Assembly: GCA_023213195.1 (NCBI GenBank)
Contig: CP096135.1
Coordinates: 558,548 to 622,547 of the forward strand
Direction: 5' to 3'
Length of the DNA stretch: 64,000 bases
Source of the DNA: Sphingobacteriales bacterium JAD_PAG50586_3
GTDB taxonomy: Bacteria > Bacteroidota > Bacteroidia > CAMBQF01
Shown here: piece after piece, positions 1 through 10,342 of the stretch
Layout: every line of letters begins with the position of its first letter
Position numbering within the stretch: position 1 is the stretch's first letter
The notes under the pieces: generated by a model
Databases searched by the model: none
What the model was told of the DNA's origin: nothing
The model's input: the letters and a program-made list of their open reading frames with translations, nothing else
Program-made: the position numbers and the translations under genes

Positions 1-471
1 AATAAGCACGAAAACTACAACAACGGCAAGCTTGATGGAGAGTGCCGATATTACAGTAACCTGGGCCGCATAAACACATCGGTAACCTACAAAAACGGCA
101 TACAAAACGGGCCAAAAAACACCTATTATAACGATGGCAAATTGCAGGAAGAGGGCAAATGGGTTAATGGCCAGCGAGAGGGGTTAACCAAGTGGTTTTA
201 TGCCGATGGTAAATTATCAATTGAATATATATACAAAAACGGTGTCTTAGAGGGTGTGCAAAAAACCTACTATAGCACGGGCAGTTTAAACCTTGAAGAG
301 AATTATAAAAACAATGAGTTGGATGGCATATCTAACGAATATTTTGAAAGCGGCAAGCTAAAGATAACCGGCACTTACGTAAAGGGACAGAAGAATGGTG
401 TGTGGAAAGAGATGGACGAAAACGGGAAGGTTATAAAGACCGAAAAATACGTAAACGGGGAGCTAAAATAA
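1..471 (+). CDS. MORN-variant repeat protein (YwqK-antitoxin-like family), 5' partial
   Basis: Frame open from base 1; repeated Y-x-NG-x-x-x-G..YY..G units (EGKWVNGQREG, YKNGVLEG, YVKGQKNG). Confidence 0.8.
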   Translation, partial: NKHENYNNGKLDGECRYYSNLGRINTSVTYKNGIQNGPKNTYYNDGKLQEEGKWVNGQREGLTKWFYADGKLSIEYIYKNGVLEGVQKTYYSTGSLNLEENYKNNELDGISNEYFESGKLKITGTYVKGQKNGVWKEMDENGKVIKTEKYVNGELK

Positions 472-557
472 TTAAAAACCCTATGTTATTAACCTTGTAA
501 AACCAAGTGTTTGTTTAGGTATATATTTGTTATATTGCGGTTTAAAATCAGGGAGAC

Positions 558-2013
558 ATGATTAAATTAAAGAGTATTATTCAGCAGCTTAAGGAAAAGG
601 AGGCAGCAGACCTTATCCAACAATTTAGAGAGAGCAAAGCTGAAAAATACCTCACGCTGTTCTCGCACTACCGCGAAAACAAGCTGAGTGACGAGGAGAT
701 ACAAACGCTTTTAGACGTAAATACTAACGCATATTACACGTTAAAATCGCGTCTTTTTGATAAGATACAGGAGTTTCTGTCTAACAATTTAGATAGCCCC
801 GTTATAGACTTGCTGCGCAAGGTGGCCAACATACCCAACCTTGTTTACAACACCCACCGCGATACCGCCATTGCCATTTTATTAAAACTGGAGGCCGAAC
901 TTAGGGATTATGATATGCCCTACGAGTTATCGTCGGTATACAACGCCCTTAAAAAACTATCGCTGCACTCGCCTAAGTATTACGAGTATACGCAGGCATA
1001 TAACAGGCACGTAGCCTACACTTTAGCCCTTGACAAGGCCGAAGATTTATTGGCCAATTTTAACAAGGCCCTTAGCGAGTACCACGCATCAAAAAACAAA
1101 GAAACTATAGAGTTGCTGGCTATGATTAAAGAGCAGGTAGGCCACACCGCCCGCTTGTACGAGAGCCATCACTTACAGGTATACAAGTGCATTATTGATA
1201 TCTCTTTCGCGCTGTTTGTGCCGAATGCCGCCGCCGTAAAAGACGATGAGCCTGTAGAAGATTTGCTGGCTAAAATGGAGAAAATATTTTTGGCTTACCC
1301 TAAAGACTCTAACTACCAGCACCTTAACCTGGCTTACAATTTCCTTGCATTTGAGTATTACCACCAGCTTAAGCTGTATAAAAAAGAGGCTAAGTATTTT
1401 GATGTGGTAAATGAGAACTTAAAATCGTTCTTGCTATTTAACCATTGTGCCTATACATCGCGCTTCCTGAGTATCAAAAATGGAGCGTTATGTTATGAAT
1501 GATTTGGAGAAAGGCCTGCACGAAGAAAATGTGGCCCTACAAGATAACTACGAGCCCGATAAGCAAGATATTCCTAACTACATCAATTACATGAAATACC
1601 TTTCGGTATCGGCCTTTTACAGCAAAAAATACCATGAAGCTGTTGGCTTGTTAAGCCGTTTGGTAAACGATGTAAGCTTTAAAAGCTACCCACACGCCGA
1701 GATTGAAATTAAGCTGTTACTGTCGTTATTCTATTCTATGATTAACAAGTACGACCCTGCCAACAGTTTAATGCGAAGTGTGGCCCGTAAAGTGCGCGAA
1801 AGCGAAGACGAGGTTGGCTACGAAAACGCAAGCATATTCAACAAGATACTATCGTTGCAAATGAGCTCTTCTGCTAAAGACGTAGAGCAAAAAATTAAGC
1901 AACAGTTTCAACGCTTTGAAATGCTTAACAACGGTAGCAACCGTATGCTAGAGTTTTTAAAGTTTGACGATGCATTTATTAAACACCTTGCACAAGGCGT
2001 AAAAACAAACTAA
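558..2013 (+). CDS. Conserved hypothetical all-helical (TPR-like) protein, about 485 aa, split by one apparent sequencing frameshift
   Basis: ORFs 558-1502 and 1480-2013 join as SRFLVSKMERY if CCTGAG at 1466-1471 is read as CCTGG. Confidence 0.65.
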
Positions 2014-2038
2014 ACAGGCCCCTCCGTTGGTATAATAT

Positions 2039-3211
2039 ATGAAACGGTCGTCGCCAATATTTGTACTCTTTTTTACCATTTTTATTGATTTATTAGGCTT
2101 TGGTATAATAATACCCATATTGGGTCCTTATGCTAAAGATGTGCTGCATGCCGATGGTTGGGTCTACGGCCTCATTTTCGGGGTGTATTCTTTTATGAAT
2201 TTTGTGTTTGCCCCGGTACTTGGCACCCTTAGCGACCGTAAAGGCCGTCGCCCTGTACTGCTTATTACCATTGTTATTGCCATGGTTGGGCACCTGCTTT
2301 TTTCCTTTTCATCATCGCTTATACTATTGTTTATTGCCCGTATGATAGCCGGTATAGGCTCGGCCAATATATCGGTAGCCAATGCCTATATATCTGATGT
2401 TACCCCGCCCGAGGGCAGGGCCAAGGCCATGGGCCTTATTGGTGCAGCCTTTGGTTTGGGTTTTGTATTTGGCCCGCCGGTAGGTGGTTATATTTACGAG
2501 CATTTATCGTTTGAATATATTGGCTATTTAACTGCTGGCTTATGCCTTATAAACTTTGTACTGGCCTGGATTTACCTGCCCGAATCTATAAAAGAAAGAA
2601 ATACCGAAAATAAGTTCAACTTTAAAAATATACTGAATGGGTTGATAGAGGCAGGCCAAAACCCCAAGGTGAATAAATTTTTTGTGCTGTTTTTTATTGT
2701 AATCATAGCCTTTTCTATGATGCAAAGCACTGTAACACTCCTTTTTAAAGATAGGTACTCACTAACTGCTTCAGAGGGGTCTTATATGTTTGCCTACGTA
2801 GGCTTTTTAATGGCTATTGTACAAGGGTTTTTTATAGGGTTTTTCAGCAAACGCCTGGGCGAGAGTAAAATGCTGCTTATTGGCAGCATTGGCATGGGGC
2901 TGGGCTTAGCGCTTATTCCCTTTGGCCCATTTTATATGCAGTTTATTTATTTTGCCATAATTGCCGTGTCTAATGGCATGATAGGCCCTGCAATTAATTC
3001 CCTGATATCTAAAAACGCCGACCCTACCAAACTGGGGCAAATAATGGGGGCCAACCAGTCGTTCGGTTCCCTGTCTCGCGGTTTAGGGCCGATAATAGCC
3101 GGTGTGTTATACGATATTAATTATACCTTTCCTTACCTGGCAGCAGGCTTGATAATGACCGTATGCTTTTTTACAGCCTTTGTGGTGGTAAAGAGGCCCG
3201 AGGGAAGGTAG
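2039..3211 (+). CDS. MFS transporter, TetA/DHA1-like efflux family
   Basis: About 12 hydrophobic segments; motif A GTLSDRKGRRPVL; IDLLGFGIIIPIL; GFVFGPPVGG. Confidence 0.9.
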   Translation: MKRSSPIFVLFFTIFIDLLGFGIIIPILGPYAKDVLHADGWVYGLIFGVYSFMNFVFAPVLGTLSDRKGRRPVLLITIVIAMVGHLLFSFSSSLILLFIARMIAGIGSANISVANAYISDVTPPEGRAKAMGLIGAAFGLGFVFGPPVGGYIYEHLSFEYIGYLTAGLCLINFVLAWIYLPESIKERNTENKFNFKNILNGLIEAGQNPKVNKFFVLFFIVIIAFSMMQSTVTLLFKDRYSLTASEGSYMFAYVGFLMAIVQGFFIGFFSKRLGESKMLLIGSIGMGLGLALIPFGPFYMQFIYFAIIAVSNGMIGPAINSLISKNADPTKLGQIMGANQSFGSLSRGLGPIIAGVLYDINYTFPYLAAGLIMTVCFFTAFVVVKRPEGR

Positions 3212-3343
3212 ATGGTGTTTGGTTAAGCAAAAACAATTTCAGTTTTCTGTCACACAAATACTTAAGTTCTAACTGCCTTAGCAATCATAATTACATTAGC
3301 TATAAGATAAACAGTTTAATTACCCCCGCAACAAGCATTGCTA

Positions 3344-4112
3344 TTAGATAATCCCCCTGTGCCATAGCGAAAGCAAATCCATAGTAAGCGCTACACTTAT
3401 ATGCAGTATCATACCGGGGAAAATATTGTTACTCTTCAAGCTTAAATGGCCCAAAATAAAACCCGCTACAATAGAGCCAATGGCTTCGGGCATGGGTTTG
3501 CCAAAGTGTATCATACAATAGGGCAACACCATAGCCGCAATGGCAAATGTGCCAGCGGTTTTCTTTAGCCCGTGCAGTATAAACCCGCGGAAGAAAAACT
3601 CAACTCCCAAGAATTGCAGGCCATATAGCAACTCCCACGTTAAAAAGCGGCTCCACTCAAACCTGCCGCCGTTGGCTACTTTAAAAAGGGGTACGTTGCC
3701 TGAAAATGATCGTTGTAAGAAAAGAAGATAATCAATGGCAGTATAAGCAGAAACAATATTACATAAGTTTTAAGGCCTTTTAACAGCCCTTGGCGGGCAA
3801 TCCCATAGTCAGACAGGTTTTCTCTCAGCACAAGCTTTACAACAAGCGCAGGCACCAAAAAGTAGCAGGTAAACACCATGCCGCCCCAAAAAACCAGGCG
3901 GTGCAGGTTGTCAAACCCCATAAAACGTGTTACACGCGCGGTATATTCATCAAAAAGAAGTTGCCGTATTTGGTAACGGCAAAGTATTGGCAAAATGTAA
4001 GGCATAGTGCGGCGGTAACGGTAATAATGGTAACGCGGCGCGCTTCTTTATCTTGCACAAAATAAAGCAAGCCCCGCAATGAATAGTTGTTATTATTGCG
4101 TGGCTCGCCCAT
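3344..4112 (-). CDS. CPBP/Abi (CAAX-type) intramembrane glutamic protease, split at homopolymers
   Basis: EFFFRG, CMIHFGKP and MILH motifs in 3344-3631; fragments 3676-4005 and 3930-4112 join through poly-T slips. Confidence 0.8.
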
Positions 4113-4135
4113 GTATTAAATCAGAAAAAATAAAA

Positions 4136-5146
4136 TTAGTTAGCAGAAGCGCCGGCTAGTTTCTCGCGGATCTTAGCTTCAATCTCGTCAGCCAGTTCAA
4201 CATTATCAAGCAATAGCGATTTAACCGAATCGCGTCCCTAGCCAAGCTTTTGGTCTTCGTAGCTAAACCACGATCCGCTTTTCTTAACAATGCCATAGTC
4301 AACACCAAGGTCAACAATTTCGCCTACTTTAGAAATGCCTTCGCCAAACATAATATCAAACTCTGCCGTGCGGAACGGTGGAGCTACTTTGTTTTTAATA
4401 ACCTTAACCTTTACGTGGTTACCCGATGCGGTGTCGCCATCTTTAATCTGGCTCATACGGCGTATATCTAAACGTACCGATGCGTAGAATTTAAGGGCGT
4501 TACCACCGGTGGTAGTTTCGGGGTTACCAAACATAACGCCAATTTTTTCGCGCAACTGGTTAATGAAAATACAGCAGCAACCTGTTTTGTTAATGGTGCC
4601 GGTGAGCTTACGCAAAGCCTGGCTCATTAAACGGGCTTGTAGGCCCATTTTAGAGTCGCCCATTTCGCCTTCAATCTCGCTTTTTGGCGTTAAGGCCGCA
4701 ACCGAGTCAATAACGATAATGTCTATAGCACCCGAGCGGATTAGGTTTTCGGTAATTTCCAAGGCCTGCTCGCCGTTGTCGGGTTGAGAGATTAAAAGGT
4801 TCTCAATATCAACGCCTAATTTCTTAGCATAAAAACGGTCAAAGGCATGCTCAGCATCAATAAAAGCTGCAATGCCGCCATTTTTTTGCACGTTGGCAAT
4901 AGCATGTATAGCCAATGTTGTTTTACCAGACGATTCTGGCCCGTAAATTTCTACTACCCTGCCCTTGGGGAAACCACCAATGCCTAATGCGGCATCTAGG
5001 CCGATAGAACCTGTAGAAATAGATTCAATCTGGTCAATTGCATCATCACCCATGCGCATAATAGCGCCTTTACCGTACGATTTCTCTAATTTGTCTAATG
5101 TAAGTTGAAGGGCTTTCAACTTCTCTGCTTGCACATCTTTGCTCAT
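4136..5146 (-). CDS. recA: Recombinase RecA (in-frame TAG at 4238-4240 where CAG/Gln is expected)
   Basis: [38 protein letters not shown]; the frame continues past the TAG as [30 protein letters not shown]. Confidence 0.97.
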
Positions 5147-5307
5147 AAATATATGTCTCTTAAACTGTAAAATTAGCAAATATTAACACTCGAAAAAGGG
5201 GTGTTAATAACTATAGTTTACCTCCTCTGGGATACTCTACTATTTATCCGGACGGCAGCAATTATTTTAATCCCTACTTTAGTAAGACAAGAGCCAAAAG
5301 CAAGGCC

Positions 5308-6243
5308 CTATATATCTACCACATTCAGCTTTTTATTGTTGAGCATATCTTGTGGCACAGCATCGGTAATAACGTTTTGCAGCGCCCGCACCATCCGTTC
5401 TTTCACATATTCATAATGGGTTACAATGCTAATCTCGCGCACCGGTGTTGGGGGCTTAAAGTAACGCAGTTGCTTCTTTTGCTCCTCTGTCATGGTAAGG
5501 GTTTTCAGTTCAGGTATAATGGTAATACCATAGTCCTGGTCAACCAGGTTCATCAGGGTTTCTATGCTTCCGGCCTCGTAGTGCAGCCTGTCGTGCAGGG
5601 CGTTTTGTCGTTTTAACTCACACAGGTTTAGTATTTGCGCACGCATGCAATGCCCTTCTTCCAGCAGCCATAGGCGGTCAATATCAATGTTTTTGGGTAG
5701 TACAAATTGCTTGTCGTATCCTTTCTCGCCGGTGTTTACATACAAGAAGAATTTCTCGTAATACAAAGGGTGCTCTGTAATGGTTTTTTCCTTTAGGGGC
5801 GTGGCTAGTATGCCAACATCTATCTGGCCTGTTTTAAGTTTCTCTATTATGTTATTAGTAGTAAACTCATTTATGTAGAGGTTTATTTTAGGGTATAGCG
5901 TGGTAAATGTTTTTACTATCATAGGCAGTAAATACGGCGCTATGGTGGGTATTATGCCCAGGCGCAACTCGCCCGACAACTGGCCCCTTTCATGGCTTAC
6001 CAGCTCTTTCATTTTGGCTGTTTCGCCTAAAATGCGGCGTGCCTGTGCTATTATTTTTTCGCCCACATCGGTAGGTACTACAGGTTGTTTGCTTCGGTCA
6101 AAGATGATGGTGTCAAGCTCTTCTTCCAGCTTCTTAATCATCATGCTAAGTGTAGCCTGGGTTATGTAGCACGACTCTGCCGCACGTAAAAAATGCCTGT
6201 GCGTATCTACCGCCACTATGTACTCTAACTGTTGTAAAACCAT
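5308..6243 (-). CDS. oxyR: LysR-family hydrogen peroxide-inducible genes activator (OxyR-like)
   Basis: LysR HTH, GIIPTIAPYLLP, and LLEEGHCMRAQILNLC with the two OxyR redox cysteines. Confidence 0.85.
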   Translation of the reverse strand: MVLQQLEYIVAVDTHRHFLRAAESCYITQATLSMMIKKLEEELDTIIFDRSKQPVVPTDVGEKIIAQARRILGETAKMKELVSHERGQLSGELRLGIIPTIAPYLLPMIVKTFTTLYPKINLYINEFTTNNIIEKLKTGQIDVGILATPLKEKTITEHPLYYEKFFLYVNTGEKGYDKQFVLPKNIDIDRLWLLEEGHCMRAQILNLCELKRQNALHDRLHYEAGSIETLMNLVDQDYGITIIPELKTLTMTEEQKKQLRYFKPPTPVREISIVTHYEYVKERMVRALQNVITDAVPQDMLNNKKLNVVDI

Positions 6244-6296
6244 TTGTTCAATTTCATCTATACAAATTTAAACATAATTGTTTTAGTTTAACAAAG

Positions 6297-6330
6297 GCAT
6301 TCTGCATATTGAATTCTGCATTCTGCATTT
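6297..6330. repeat. Short heptamer tandem repeat (ATTCTGC-like) in the intergenic region
   Basis: gcattctgcatattgaattctgcattctgcattt. Confidence 0.6.
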
Positions 6331-6336
6331 CTCAAC

Positions 6337-6344
6337 TATCTTTG
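6337..6344 (+). promoter_or_regulatory. Bacteroidota -7 promoter element (TAnnTTTG)
   Basis: TATCTTTG just before the ATG at 6352. The same motif precedes other genes (about 8630, 13460, 21266, 22136, 24309, 31586, 58887 on +; about 16460, 24150, 31030, 46755, 48825 on -). Confidence 0.7.
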
Positions 6345-6351
6345 CGCCACA

Positions 6352-7769
6352 ATGAAACCCAATTATTCCCATAATCTTACCCACAGCATTTTTGCAATAG
6401 CAGGCCAGGCGGCCGATGCCCTTGGTATAGAATGTTATGCTGTAGGGGGCTTTGTGCGCGATATTGTGTTGGGCCGCCAGTCTAAAGATATTGATATAAT
6501 GGCCGTAGGCAGCGGTATAGAGCTGGCAAAAGAAATTGCTAAAAAGCTGAATATACAAGATAAGCTGGCGGTATATAAAAACTTTGGTACGGCCATGTTG
6601 CCAATGGACGATTACGTTATTGAGTTTGTAGGTGCCCGTAAAGAAAGCTACCGCACCGACTCTCGCAAGCCCATTGTTGAAGATGGTACCTTGCTTGATG
6701 ATTTATCGCGCCGCGATTTTACCATTAATGCACTTGCGCTGTGTTTGAACAAAGACCGCTTTGGCGAGTTGGTTGATGAGTTTGATGGCCTGGGCGATAT
6801 AGAGCGTAAAATTATTCGCACACCGCTTGGCCCTGATATTACCTATAGCGACGACCCGCTTCGCATGATGCGTGCCGTGCGGTTTGCATCGCAGTTAAAC
6901 TTTGTAATTGAAAAAGATTCGTTAGATGCTATAAGCCGGAATGCAGAGCGGTTGAAGATTATATCAATGGAGCGCATTGCCGATGAGTTGAACAAGATTA
7001 TAGAATCGTCCATACCATCGGTTGGTTTTAAACTGTTGTTTGATACTAAATTGCTGCACCAGTTCTTCCCACAAATGGTAGCATTGCACGGGGTAGATAT
7101 TATAAAAGGCAAAGGCCATAAAGATAATTTTTACCATACACTACAAGTGCTGGATAACCTTGCGGCTATGAGCCCCGATTTGTGGCTGCGCTGGGCTGCT
7201 ATATTGCATGATATTGCCAAGCCACCCACCAAACGTTTTGAAGAAGGTGTGGGCTGGACATTCCATGGGCACGAGGATAAAGGCGCACGCATGGTGCCTA
7301 AAATTTTTACACAGCTAAAACTGCCGTTGAACGAGAAGATGAAGTATGTACAGAAACTTGTACTGCTGCACCTACGCCCCATAGTGCTTGCAAAGAGCGA
7401 GGTTACCGACTCGGCCATACGCCGTTTGCTATTTGAAGCAGGCGATGACATTGACGATTTGATGATGCTGTGTACCGCCGACATTACCTCTAAAAACCCC
7501 GAAAAGGTTAAGAAGTACAAAGCCAATTTTGAATTGGTAAAGGTTAAGCTGAAAGAGGTTGAGGAAAAAGACAAGGTGCGTAACTGGCAGCCACCACTTA
7601 CAGGTGAAGAGATTATGGAGTATTTCGGCCTTCAACCATCGCGCGAGGTAGGTGTTATTAAAACCGCCATACGCGAAGCTATATTAGATGGCATAATAGC
7701 CAACAACCACGACGAAGCCACCGCGCTAATGATAGCCGAAGGCGAAAAACTCGGCCTAAAAAAGCATAG
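6352..7769 (+). CDS. CCA tRNA nucleotidyltransferase / poly(A) polymerase family protein with HD domain
   Basis: VGGFVRD, KDIDI, DLSRRDFTINAL, DDPLRMMRAVRF, LHDIAKP. The true stop is probably TAG 7767-7769 after a poly-A slip; the ORF track runs on to 7899. Confidence 0.92.
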
Positions 7770-7773
7770 AATT

Positions 7774-8543
7774 CTACAAATAAAAATTCTTAGCCAACCA
7801 CGTTGCAATATCATCTTCGGCAGTAGCCTTCATACGTATAGTAGCAGATTGCCTGCGGCCATCTTTAAACGTATATATGTTTGCTACTTTGCTAGATAAG
7901 CCATCAACAGTAGCCTCGGCAACCTGCGCGCCATCAGGCAAATAAAATTTATAGGTGTAAGATGTTTTACCGTAAGATGCGCTGCTACTTTCTTTAACAG
8001 TGCCAATGGTTTTAAAATCTTGCTGAATGTTGCCGCCAAAAACCTGTAACATAGCATTGCGGTTGCGGTCTACCATTACATAGTCGGTATTGCCACCGCG
8101 ATTGTTAACTATCACCGTGGTGCGGTTGTCGCCGGTAGGTTTAAAAGGGTTAAGTAGCATAAATTTTTTCTCGCCCTCGGGGTTATACTTACCATCATCA
8201 AAAAGCTTGCATTTTACCACCTCTTTGGCAAACTGTTTTTTAAAACCCAAAGAGTAAACCATGCTGGCCTGGTTGGTGCTACCCATAAAGGTAATGTGTA
8301 TATAAAGCCCTGTAGCCGGGCCAACGGTGGTAGTTGCCTGCCTGTCTACTTTAGCAATAGCTACCTCATCGCCATCGGTTGTTTGTAAAGAAAATTCGGC
8401 AGCCTCAGCACCGCTACTTACTTTTTCAGCACCGCGTATTCAGCACCATCAACCATAATTTTATCTCCGTCTATTTCTACCTTTTGTGCTGTAATAGCAG
8501 TAAAAACAAGGGTTGTAAGAGCAATTGTGAATAACTTTTTCAT
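7774..8543 (-). CDS. Secreted hypothetical protein (signal peptide), split at a poly-A run
   Basis: MKKLFTIALTTLVFTAITAQ signal; fragments join as VLKKVSSGAEA and continue into ORF 7774-8286. Confidence 0.6.
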
Positions 8544-8655
8544 GTCTAGTTGTATGATTAGCAGGGCGAAAATAAATAATAATCCATCTTTGCACAAAGT
8601 TTCTTGTTTAATCAAAAACAGTTTTTCTGTACTTTTGTCCCTGTAAAGTTGAGAT

Positions 8656-9417
8656 ATGGCTATTTATAAATTCCGCGTAACGTTTGAAAATTTTGAAGAT
8701 GTATATCGAGATATCGAAATACAATCAGAAATGACCTTGTCAGACCTGCACTACGCAATACTAAGTTCAATCAGTTTCGATAGCATCCACAAAGGCGTTT
8801 TCTTTGAGAGCGACCACAGCTGGCGCAAAGGCGATGAGTTACTACAGGTATCGCCCGAAGGTGCCAAAGGCGCCGCGCAAAAAGATTTGCTATCAGACAT
8901 AATTTACGACCCACGCCAACGTTTTCTTTATACCTACGACGAGGCTGAGAAATGGGGCTTTACTATTGAGTTGATTAAAATTTTGCCAGACGATAGCTCG
9001 CTTACAACATCGCGTTGTGTGCACAAAGCTGGCACCGCGCCTAAGCAATACAAAGAGGCACCGCTTAAATTTAAAAGCACTGACGAGCCTGATGGCCGCA
9101 AAAACCGCAAGAAGAAAGAAGCGCCTAAAGAAATTATTTTAGATGATGAAGACGAGGATGATGAAGAGGATGCACCTAAAGTAGCCGGTGGCCGTGGTAA
9201 AGTTGCTGCTGCTGTTATTGCCGACGATGAGGAGGAAGAAGAAGACGACAGCGATGCTTACGAAACAGAAGAAGAAGAGTTTGATGTTGACGATGATGAG
9301 AAAGGCAAATTTACTGCCGATGATGACGACGACGACGACGATGATGGCTTTGGTGCCGATGATGACGATGATGATTTTGGTGCTGCCGATGAGGAGTTTA
9401 AAGACGACGACTTTTAA
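8656..9417 (+). CDS. pRiA4b ORF-3 / IS1096 passenger TnpR-like protein with a long acidic C-terminal tail
   Basis: YKFRVTFE..VYRDIEI..TLSDLHYAI..FLYTYD..W.F.IEL signature; D/E-rich tail. Confidence 0.75.
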   Translation: MAIYKFRVTFENFEDVYRDIEIQSEMTLSDLHYAILSSISFDSIHKGVFFESDHSWRKGDELLQVSPEGAKGAAQKDLLSDIIYDPRQRFLYTYDEAEKWGFTIELIKILPDDSSLTTSRCVHKAGTAPKQYKEAPLKFKSTDEPDGRKNRKKKEAPKEIILDDEDEDDEEDAPKVAGGRGKVAAAVIADDEEEEEDDSDAYETEEEEFDVDDDEKGKFTADDDDDDDDDGFGADDDDDDFGAADEEFKDDDF

Positions 9418-9423
9418 TAGTTA

Positions 9424-10332
9424 TTGAATAATACAAAACATCTTATAGCAGTAGTTGGCCCAACAGCATCGGGCAAAACCGGCCTTGCCATACAAATGGC
9501 AAAGCATTACAACACAGCTATACTATCTGCCGATTCAAGGCAATTTTATACAGAACTTAACATTGGGGTGGCCCGTCCTTCAGCAGAAGAACTAAAGGCC
9601 GCCCCACATTATTTTATTGCCGACCGTAGCATACACAACCAACTAACCGCCGGGCAATACGAGAAAGAAGCATTGACCTTGTTGGATGATTTATTCAAGA
9701 TACACGATGTTGTTATTTTGTGTGGTGGCTCGGGCTTGTTTATTAATACCCTTATTTACGGTGCCGACCCTATGCCCGAAGCCGATGAGGCACTAAGGGC
9801 CAACCTGCAAAAGCAATACGAAGAGCGAGGAATAGGCTTTTTGCAGGCCGAATTGGAGCGTTTAGACCCCGTATACTACAACACGGTAGATAAGCAAAAC
9901 CCACTGCGTTTAATGCGTGCTGTAGAGGTTTGTTTGGTTACCGGGCAACCTTATTCTGCCCAGCGTAAAAACGAGAAGAAAGAGCGGCCCTTTAAAACCA
10001 CATTTATAGGCATAGATGTAGAGCGCGAATTGCTGTACCAAAACATAAATAACAGGGTTGATGCCATGATGCAAAATGGCCTGCTGGCCGAAGCGCATGC
10101 TGTATTCCACCTAAAGCATTTAAGCACCCTGCAAACAGTTGGCTACAGCGAACTCTTTAATTACTTTGATGGCCACGCCGATTTAGATACCGCCGTAGAC
10201 CTGATAAAACGCAACAGCCGCCGCTACGCCAAACGCCAACTAACCTGGTTTAGGCGAAACGAAGAGATACAGTGGTTTAAGCCAGAGCAAACAGAAAGCA
10301 TATTAAGTTACCTGAATGGCTATTTAGTTTAG
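9424..10332 (+). CDS. miaA: tRNA dimethylallyltransferase
   Basis: GPTASGKT, SADSRQFY, GGSGLF, RRYAKRQLTWFR. Confidence 0.97.
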   Translation: MNNTKHLIAVVGPTASGKTGLAIQMAKHYNTAILSADSRQFYTELNIGVARPSAEELKAAPHYFIADRSIHNQLTAGQYEKEALTLLDDLFKIHDVVILCGGSGLFINTLIYGADPMPEADEALRANLQKQYEERGIGFLQAELERLDPVYYNTVDKQNPLRLMRAVEVCLVTGQPYSAQRKNEKKERPFKTTFIGIDVERELLYQNINNRVDAMMQNGLLAEAHAVFHLKHLSTLQTVGYSELFNYFDGHADLDTAVDLIKRNSRRYAKRQLTWFRRNEEIQWFKPEQTESILSYLNGYLV

Positions 10333-10342
10333 GGTAAAGCAG

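Noticed and set aside
1-471. Toxin-antitoxin system (YwqK antitoxin label)
   Set aside because: MORN-variant repeat proteins are common in Bacteroidota, and no toxin gene is visible downstream.
3344-4112. CPBP/Abi protease as phage abortive-infection or bacteriocin immunity gene
   Set aside because: No bacteriocin or defence context; it lies directly downstream of recA.
4238-4240. In-frame TAG in recA suggesting stop-codon recoding (TAG=Gln) or a pseudogene
   Set aside because: It is a CCAGG to CTAGG change matching the window-wide CCWGG error pattern, and TAG is a normal stop elsewhere (miaA, pabB, porin).
7770-7899. Long antisense overlap between the nucleotidyltransferase and the downstream gene
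   Set aside because: Caused by a poly-A slip just before the real TAG at 7767-7769.
8656-9417. IS1096 or plasmid element
   Set aside because: No transposase, terminal inverted repeats or target duplication; the gene sits in an apparent operon with miaA.
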